Of a stretch of DNA of 64,000 bases, positions 1-6,732 are shown piece after piece; the first letter of the stretch is position 1, and every line of letters starts with the position of its first letter. Position numbers and translations under genes: made by a program. The notes below the pieces were generated by a model. It did not search any database. It saw only the letters and a list, made by a program, of their open reading frames with translations, and was not told where the DNA came from. Location: positions 15,986 through 79,985 of the forward strand of contig JBQLZK010000030.1 of assembly GCA_052168235.1 (NCBI GenBank), given 5' to 3'. The stretch comes from Thainema sp. GTDB lineage: Bacteria > Cyanobacteriota > Cyanobacteriia > Phormidesmidales > Phormidesmidaceae.

Positions 1-280
1 TCTTCGCACCACCAATCCAATCGAATCGACCTTTGCCACTGTCCGGTTAAGAACCGATAAGACACGAGGCTGTGTTTCCCAAGACAGCATCTTGTCGTTG
101 GTGTTCAAGCTGGTACAGAGTGCTCAGAAGCGATGGTTACGCATTCGTGGATTCAAACGATTAGGGGAGGTGATGAGTGGGGTGAAATTCAAAGATGGCA
201 TTCGGGTTGATCCATCAGAGAATTCACAACTGAGCCAGGACGCCGCTTAATTCTTCATACACCACACTTGCAAATATCTC
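1..280 (+). mobile_element. Right end of IS256-family insertion sequence
   Basis: Transposase stop at 250 followed by TACACCACACTTGCAAATATCTC (to 280), resembling IS256-family terminal IRs; the interrupted gene begins immediately after. Confidence 0.75.
2..250 (+). CDS. IS256-family transposase, C-terminal part (runs off window edge)
   Basis: Frame +2 reads LRTTNPIESTFATVRLRTDKTRGCVS...LVFKLVQSAQKRWLRIRG...DAA-stop; (R)TTNxxES motif with the catalytic Glu of IS256/Mutator transposases; absent from the ORF track. Confidence 0.9.
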   Translation, partial: LRTTNPIESTFATVRLRTDKTRGCVSQDSILSLVFKLVQSAQKRWLRIRGFKRLGEVMSGVKFKDGIRVDPSENSQLSQDAA

Positions 281-834
281 TTCTCAATCTCTTGAATCTT
301 TGCCTGAATTTTGCGTACCGTCTTATCGGCTAAGCCATCAACTGATTCTCCGTTCAAAACCTTCTTGATCACCTCGTAATGGTCGCAAGGGATGTGATAG
401 TAAGATCCATCTCGGCCAAAACGTTGATACTTATCCATGTGTTTCAACACATGATCAAGGTTTTTAGTCACGCCATTAACGAACTTGGACTGAACCTCAT
501 TCCCATCTATCAAGTAATCGGCTGGGGCTGTTCGTCCTACGCCTTCAAAAGTTGCGCTAGGCGGTCGCTGATCGACTAAATCGCGGGCATTCCGAACACC
601 GACTTCAACTTGCTCAGCAATTTCACCATGTTTGGTTGATACGTTGCCAAGGATATTTTCTGGCTTCCCAATGAAGTCACGAACCTTTTGAATTTGCTGT
701 AATGCATCGGCTAGAGCTTGATCCTGATTTCCCAAAGATGCCCGAAGATCTGTCCATCGCTGTTGGTTCTGAGCCGCAACAACTCCACCAATGATTTGAG
801 TTGTCTGGTGATGGTTTTCTTGCACAGCGTTCAC
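281..834 (-). pseudogene. IS-truncated hypothetical protein with nuclease-like (E...D...QxK) N-terminal domain
   Basis: ORF 247..834 reads into the IS end (tail RYLQVWCMKN is IS-derived); motifs HGEIAEQ...PADY...EVQSKF; GTG start 2 nt after the upstream stop. Confidence 0.6.
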
Positions 835-836
835 TC

Positions 837-1703
837 CTAAGCAATCTTTTTCTTGAGGAGTGCAGAAAGGGCTTGAATATTGTTGATCAATGCGCCTAAC
901 AGTTCTTTCTGATCTGGAGAGAATAGGCGGTAATCGTCTGGAGCATGATCATGCAGTTTTGCCAAACATGATCGAACTCCATCAGCATGTTGATGAGTCA
1001 GTTGCTTTAGGCTTTCAATTTCCTTATCAGCCGCTTGTAATTTTCTAATTCCAGTTTGAATCTGAGTCGTATGGTGAGCGGCTTCTTTCGTTGCCTTCGT
1101 ATTTTGGCTAGTAGCCCATAATGCCCCACCTGCGATCGCAACACCGCCAATCGCCCAGCCAACTGGCCCTGCTAGAGCTAATAACGCTTGACCGCCTGCC
1201 ATGCCACTGCCACCTGCTACCAGTGCTCCACCTCCTAGCCATGCCAAAGCAGCATTTGTTGCTGCAACACCCGATAAAGCTGAAATGGCTGTCCCTGTTG
1301 AAGCGGTTCCGAATGTCGTCGCAATTGCCATTGCTGCCGAAGGAGCAAACGCAGCAACTCCTGCACCTGCCACGACTCCTGCACCCGTGGCAGATTTACG
1401 AACCGTGGCTTGCTTCCGAACCTCAATTTCAATCTGTCGGCTCAAGTCATTGAACTGTTGATACTCAACCTTATATTCAGCCACCGACTTATCAAATTCT
1501 TTGGGAGAATTGGCCAGAGTGTTGATGTAGTTTTCACAGGCTTGAATGACTTCTTCTGCTACGGAGATCCGCAAATCATAAAGCTCTTGGGCATGTTGAG
1601 TAACCTTTTGGGCTTGCTTTTCATAAGCTTTTTGCTCAACTTTGAGTTGTCTGATTGCCCGTTTTTTGGTGTTATGGTTCAGCATCGAAGATAGGACTTG
1701 CAT
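837..1703 (-). CDS. Hypothetical coiled-coil protein with Gly/Ala-rich hydrophobic hairpin
   Basis: 288 aa; helical N- and C-termini flank GAGVVAGAGVAAFAP...GTASTGTAISALSGVAATNAALAWLGGG...LAGPVGWAIGG. Confidence 0.85.
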   Translation of the reverse strand: MQVLSSMLNHNTKKRAIRQLKVEQKAYEKQAQKVTQHAQELYDLRISVAEEVIQACENYINTLANSPKEFDKSVAEYKVEYQQFNDLSRQIEIEVRKQATVRKSATGAGVVAGAGVAAFAPSAAMAIATTFGTASTGTAISALSGVAATNAALAWLGGGALVAGGSGMAGGQALLALAGPVGWAIGGVAIAGGALWATSQNTKATKEAAHHTTQIQTGIRKLQAADKEIESLKQLTHQHADGVRSCLAKLHDHAPDDYRLFSPDQKELLGALINNIQALSALLKKKIA

Positions 1704-1966
1704 GGTGATGATTAGTTGACAGAGTCAAAGCACCCAAAGTTCTTGGTAGTAGAGGGCAAGCCTTAACTGAGAAAAGCTAGTAGCGGCCTTTACCAATATT
1801 GCCCAACTCATAAATCTACTAACGACAGTAACAATCCCTTATTCAACGTTGGGATGTTTGATCAGGGAACTAAATCGACACCTCATGAATGCGCTGTTGT
1901 ATGCCAGCCATGTCTTTATATCTATTTTCTTGCTGAACTAATGCAGCCTGACCTTAATTGAGATCT

Positions 1967-2119
1967 GCGATCGCACTTCCGATCATCATCCAAATGTCCG
2001 CGATCGCATTTTCTCCTAACCGCGATCGCACTTTGCCCCCACATCGGAGATCGCACCTTTCGCTAATCTCCCCTACGAAACCAAATCCAAAATCCAAAAT
2101 CGCCAATCCAAAATTCCCA
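1967..2119. repeat. Cluster of HIP1 sites plus short tandem heptamer repeats (AATCCAA-type)
   Basis: Three GCGATCGC and one GAGATCGC within ~90 bp, then CCAAATCCAAAATCCAAAATCGCCAATCCAAAAT. Confidence 0.7.
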
Positions 2120-5100
2120 TCACTCCCATTGCTTGCTGCGGGCTTGGTCGATGATTTGTTGGGCTTCTTCGGTGGTGTAGCTGTATCTGTCAGTGAGAAA
2201 TTGTGCCAAATCTGGATTGTCGCAGTCGCGATTAGGTTTGATGTTGATATTTGAAGGTAAACCTGTTCCGCAAAGATAAGGCTGATTTTCTCCAGTTAAT
2301 TGCTTGGAGTTTAAATTTTCACTTTCATGTAGGTTAGTTGCAATTAGCAACGCATAGCTGAAGTCGGCAGAGCTGAGGTCGGTATTGACAAGGATGGCAT
2401 AGCTGAGGTCGGCATTGCTGAGGTTGGCCTCGCGGAGGTCGGCATAGCTGAGGTCGGCAGAGCTGAAGTCGGCAGAGCTGAGGTTGGCCTCGCGGAGGAT
2501 GGCCTCGCGGAGGTCGGCATAGCTGAGGTCGGCATCGAAGAGGTAGGCATCGAAGAGGATGGCCCCGCTGAGTTTGGCCCCGCTGAAGTCGGCAAAGCTG
2601 AGGTCAGCAGAGCTGAGGTAGGCCTCGCTGAGGATGGCCTCGCTGAGGTTGGCCTTGCCGAGGATGGCCTTGCTGAGGTGAGCCTCACTGAGGACGGCCT
2701 TGCTGAGGTCGGCATCGAAGAGGTGAGCCTCAATGAGAACGGCATAGCTGAGGTCGGCATAGCTGAGTTTGGCATAGCTGAGTTTGGCATAGCTGAGGTC
2801 GGCATAGCTGAGTTTGGCATTGCTGAGGTCGGCATTGCTGAGGTCGGCCTTCGGAAGTGGCGCTCTAATCAAAGAACGGCAGTTTCCAAACAATCGCTCT
2901 GTAATATATCTATCTAACCAGGCCAATCCTTGACGAACTTTAACTTGTTTATCGCATCCTGAAACTCGCTCTATAACAGCTTTTCTTTCTGCCTGAGTGC
3001 CTTCTTGTTCTATGATGCGATCATAGTCATTGCTAAGACTAATTTCGCGCAAACGATACTCAGCTATACAGCCAATAAGTAAGGCAGGAACAATGAGCCA
3101 ACTCGCTGTTTTCAGCCGATTCCATCGCCGTTGCCATATACTCTTTTGAATAAAAGTCCTTGCTGGATCAGATAGCGGAAACCGCTCCGCCTGTTTCTTC
3201 TGAAACTGCTTCGCTTCAATCAACGGTAAACCCTGCAACAAATATCCTTTCGACCGTCCCTGTTCCTGCCACGCTACCGCACTGGCTTCGATCCGTCGCT
3301 GCTGTCGCAGCAAATCTCGATTTTGTTCAATCCACTGTCGCAGCAGTTGCCAATGGCGAATCAACGCCTCATGTGCCACATCTACAATTGCCATCCGTTC
3401 AGCATCGTTGCCTTTACTGACCACTTCACTCGTTACCAATAGCCGATTCTCTGGTGCGGCTAGCGTCGCGATCACCTGGTTTACCCGTGCCGCTGGATGC
3501 TGTGGTTCAGCAATCAGATTGTCGAGAAATACCCGTCGCCGCGTGTCTTCCGTGCCTTCGCCTAACTGGGTCAACTGCTGAAAGATATGCTGCACTGTGC
3601 GTTGTTCAGCAGCATCAAAGCTGTTGTAAATTGTCGTGGCGCGTTTGTTCAGCGTGCCATCAATGCCGCCTAGCTTTTGATAGGCCGAGAACACTAGTTG
3701 ATTATCCTGGCGCTGCTGCCAGAGTTCCTTCAGCGTGTATTGCAACAGCGGCAGATAACCGGGAGAGCCTTTGATATCGTTGAGCATCTGCGTCACCAGT
3801 GCCGCTTCCACCTGGAGGCCAACCTGTTCAGCGGGTTTGCAGATTGCCGCTTTTAGCTCCTCCGGGTTCATCGGCAACACGCTGATCATGTGCTGCTGTA
3901 CCTGCTGCGCCAAACCGCTGTAGTCTCGCTCCAGACACTTGCCGACAAAGTCCGATCGCATAGCCAGGATTAGACAGAGTTTGTTGTCTGTTTCCGATAA
4001 TGCCCCCATCAGACAGGCAAAGAACTGCTCTCGTTCTGTAATATCTTCACAGCGCGTAAACACCTCCTCAAACTGATCGATGACTAGCACCACACGAGAA
4101 GAAGTGGCCGCTTCTACTAAACGAATCAGCCCTATTGCACCATCGCTGAGATGCTTCAGTACATCAGCTCGCTCTAACTGGGAACCGTCTTTTGGTAAAA
4201 AAGCTGTAGCCAGATTTTTCATAGGTTGAGCATCAGGCCGCATAATTAAAATTTGCCACTGGTCACTCCCAGGAAGCCGTCCTTCTTGAAGCTGATGTAA
4301 TAGACCTGCCCGCAAAACAGAAGATTTTCCATTCCCTGAGGCTCCCACCAGCGCCATAAAATTTTCTGTACGTACATGATCGAGCAGTTGATCCGTCAAC
4401 TTCTCCCGACCAAAGAAGTACTTTGGATCTTCGGTATTTAAATCAAAAAATTCCAAGCCTTTGTAAGGACAGATTCCCGCATCAATAGTTACTTTTGCCT
4501 CTGCCACCTTGACTTGCTCAGAGCGAGTTAGATTAATCGCTTGACCGAAGTAGTAGCAAACTGGTGATTGCAGTTCTCCCCTTATTGCTTCTTTGATGTG
4601 GTTGACCAACGTTTGGGTATCTATCCAGCTTTCTGGTGATCGTGTAGGATCTAGACCATCCAATAAAGCTTTGGTCAGTACACTATAGGGACTATTCAAG
4701 TCCTGCCAAGATGTTTCGTATTCGAGAGACGAGGCGATAAAACAACGGTTTCTACGAGAGTTTTGTCCAGGATTAGCAGCATCAATATCGATTAAGAGGC
4801 CACCGCTATGGCAGCAGTCCAACCAAATAATTTGATTTTCGATTGGGCTTCGAGACACCAAATTCCGTAACCAAGCAAGCGAGATTCCAGACCTTGATCG
4901 ATTTGGATCAGTATCGCTGGTTGCTAGATAGCCTTTATCCAGTCCATAGCCTCCGTCAGGATCACGTAAACCATGTCCAGAGAAATAAAACAATGCTATA
5001 TCTGGGCATTGAGGACTGTCTGGATCAAAAAATAGCCGTAGTTGCTTCTCCAAATCTACTTGAGTGACAGATAGGGTTTTGCCAACAGTAGGTATCAGTT

Positions 5101-5260
5101 GATCATGCTGTTGAGTAATTGCTTCCGGCACACGAATCACCCCAAAATCGCCATCCTGCTCTAATCGATCTGCGATCGCATTTGCATCTGCTGCTGGAGC
5201 ATTCAAACTGTGTAAGTGGGTATAAGTGTTGATGCCAACAACGAGTGCCTTACGATTCAT
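2120..5260 (-). CDS. Caspase-like (C14) protease / nSTAND1-type NTPase / TM / pentapeptide-repeat protein
   Basis: ALVVGIN, YFSGHG (His), LDCCHSG (Cys); CPYKGL...FFGRE, Walker A GASGNGKSS, Walker B VLVIDQFEE, LPLLQY, VAHEAL; hydrophobic WLIVPALLIGCIA; ~33 A(D/N)LSx repeats. Confidence 0.93.
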   Translation of the reverse strand: MNRKALVVGINTYTHLHSLNAPAADANAIADRLEQDGDFGVIRVPEAITQQHDQLIPTVGKTLSVTQVDLEKQLRLFFDPDSPQCPDIALFYFSGHGLRDPDGGYGLDKGYLATSDTDPNRSRSGISLAWLRNLVSRSPIENQIIWLDCCHSGGLLIDIDAANPGQNSRRNRCFIASSLEYETSWQDLNSPYSVLTKALLDGLDPTRSPESWIDTQTLVNHIKEAIRGELQSPVCYYFGQAINLTRSEQVKVAEAKVTIDAGICPYKGLEFFDLNTEDPKYFFGREKLTDQLLDHVRTENFMALVGASGNGKSSVLRAGLLHQLQEGRLPGSDQWQILIMRPDAQPMKNLATAFLPKDGSQLERADVLKHLSDGAIGLIRLVEAATSSRVVLVIDQFEEVFTRCEDITEREQFFACLMGALSETDNKLCLILAMRSDFVGKCLERDYSGLAQQVQQHMISVLPMNPEELKAAICKPAEQVGLQVEAALVTQMLNDIKGSPGYLPLLQYTLKELWQQRQDNQLVFSAYQKLGGIDGTLNKRATTIYNSFDAAEQRTVQHIFQQLTQLGEGTEDTRRRVFLDNLIAEPQHPAARVNQVIATLAAPENRLLVTSEVVSKGNDAERMAIVDVAHEALIRHWQLLRQWIEQNRDLLRQQRRIEASAVAWQEQGRSKGYLLQGLPLIEAKQFQKKQAERFPLSDPARTFIQKSIWQRRWNRLKTASWLIVPALLIGCIAEYRLREISLSNDYDRIIEQEGTQAERKAVIERVSGCDKQVKVRQGLAWLDRYITERLFGNCRSLIRAPLPKADLSNADLSNAKLSYADLSYAKLSYAKLSYADLSYAVLIEAHLFDADLSKAVLSEAHLSKAILGKANLSEAILSEAYLSSADLSFADFSGAKLSGAILFDAYLFDADLSYADLREAILREANLSSADFSSADLSYADLREANLSNADLSYAILVNTDLSSADFSYALLIATNLHESENLNSKQLTGENQPYLCGTGLPSNINIKPNRDCDNPDLAQFLTDRYSYTTEEAQQIIDQARSKQWE

Positions 5261-5366
5261 GAGGATGAGTCAAACAGGTGAGGGTTCAGTAGCTACTATG
5301 GCCAGAGTCACCGCATCTTGGCGACCCTGAGTAACTTTTATTAACGCTATCGCCAGAGCCGAACCA

Positions 5367-5768
5367 ATGAAGCACCTCACCCGCATCCAGCTTGACCCCG
5401 ACACCGTTATTTATGTAGAAGCAGAGGAAGAAGTCGCTATTCCGCAACCACCCATCACATCAACATCGGGAGAAGCGACCCGCGAAACGCTGGGACTTGA
5501 CGAAAAAGGTGTCGCAGAAGTGGCAGCGGAACAGGCCATGCAGCGGTTCTTAGCATTAGAAAACACCTTACAGACCTACACTAAACGCACCCTCAAGGCA
5601 TTCAAAGAAATGAGTGACGCCAGCGTTGATAAGGTAACGCTAGAGTTTGGCATCAACATGGGCGGCGAGGCCGGAGTCCCCTATGTCACAAAGGGCACCG
5701 CTGAATGCAGCCTCAAAGTCACCGTTGAGAGTTCATTTTCCAAGTCATCCACTGAGTCTAAAGAGTAA
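5367..5768 (+). CDS. Trypco1/CU044_2847-like small beta-rich protein
   Basis: 133 aa; IYVEA at the N-terminus and DKVTLEFGINMGGEAGVPYVTKGTAECSLKVTV at the C-terminus; divergent from the caspase gene. Confidence 0.75.
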   Translation: MKHLTRIQLDPDTVIYVEAEEEVAIPQPPITSTSGEATRETLGLDEKGVAEVAAEQAMQRFLALENTLQTYTKRTLKAFKEMSDASVDKVTLEFGINMGGEAGVPYVTKGTAECSLKVTVESSFSKSSTESKE

Positions 5769-5947
5769 TCGAGGTTTGGGATCTTCAAGCTGTAATCGTA
5801 ACTAGAACGTTGTGTAGCTCGATTTAGAATATGCAATCGTACTTTTAACCAGCTCTTTCACCTCTGAGATCGCAACTAAAGCATCTTGCATTTGAGATAT
5901 CTGGTGAAAAAAGTGAATAGTTCGTTTTTGAGTTTTCTTCAAATTTT

Positions 5948-6178
5948 TCAAAATTCTCCAGAGTATCCATCCAAGGTTGTCTGTCGTATTTTTTGCAACT
6001 GAAATATAATCTGTCGCATCTGTCGAATCTCGGCAGAGTGCCAGCCCGTTTTCAACGCATTCTGGCTGCTAACTGCTTTACCGTCACTCGTTGTCGGGCC
6101 TGTGGAGGCTTTCCACGGTTTCCATGTCTGAATCAGTTCTCGTTGCCGCTGTTTTGCTTCTGGTGTCCATCGGGGCAT
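5948..6178 (-). CDS. Small basic protein with STGPxTxxGKxxSSxNAxKxG motif
   Basis: MPRWTPEAKQRQRELIQTWKPWKASTGPTTSDGKAVSSQNALKTG; motif recalled from phage/element proteins; start moved to ATG at 6178. Confidence 0.7.
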   Translation of the reverse strand: MPRWTPEAKQRQRELIQTWKPWKASTGPTTSDGKAVSSQNALKTGWHSAEIRQMRQIIFQLQKIRQTTLDGYSGEF

Positions 6179-6728
6179 AAGGTGAAGCCTCCATTGCTTG
6201 AGTATTGAAAGATTGGGAAGTTTCTTGGGCATTGCCAAAATCTGGCTCAGTCATCGGTGGCTGTGACTGTTCGACCTTAAGCTGATTCAATTGCTTGTCC
6301 ACATAATTTTTGATGAGCTGGGTGGGTTTTTTAGGATTTTTGATTTCTGACAGTGATACCAACGTTTTACGGCATTGTTCCTGTGCTCGTAATCCAAGGG
6401 AAATGTAGCGATCGCATTGTTCTGGGTTTGTCATCATGTATCCTGCCAACGTAAACATACGATGGAACAATGCCTGTAAAACCTCTGCTTGGCTCAAGAG
6501 AATACGCTCAGCTTCCTGTAAGTCCCCTTTTTGAAGCTGGGTCGCATTATCTGTCAAGGTTGGTATCAAAGCAGTTGCCTTCTCAATGGAATACCCTCGC
6601 TTAGAGTAGAGAATCCATGCAATCGTTTGAGCGGCTGCCAATTCTGGGTGTTCTATCGATAGCTTGTACAAATCAATAAGGTGAGATTTTTCAGTCTTGG
6701 AAGTTTTTGGACTTTTTTTAGGTGCCAT
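6084..6728 (-). CDS. Hypothetical element protein
   Basis: ATG 4 nt after the primase stop; ERILLSQAEVLQALF...LGLRAQEQCRKTLVSLSEIKNP. Confidence 0.75.
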   Translation of the reverse strand: MAPKKSPKTSKTEKSHLIDLYKLSIEHPELAAAQTIAWILYSKRGYSIEKATALIPTLTDNATQLQKGDLQEAERILLSQAEVLQALFHRMFTLAGYMMTNPEQCDRYISLGLRAQEQCRKTLVSLSEIKNPKKPTQLIKNYVDKQLNQLKVEQSQPPMTEPDFGNAQETSQSFNTQAMEASPYAPMDTRSKTAATRTDSDMETVESLHRPDNE

Positions 6729-6732
6729 ATTT

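Noticed and set aside
2355..2850. CRISPR array or DGR variable region
   Set aside because: Contiguous 15-bp coding units without unique spacers; no cas or reverse transcriptase gene and no template repeat in the window
2344..2917. ORFs of MPTSA / AEVGI repeats
   Set aside because: Alternate-frame and antisense shadows of the pentapeptide array
1704..5947. Second att site (copy of the tRNA-Thr 3' end) in the intergenic gaps
   Set aside because: No copy found by eye, so the left boundary is not called
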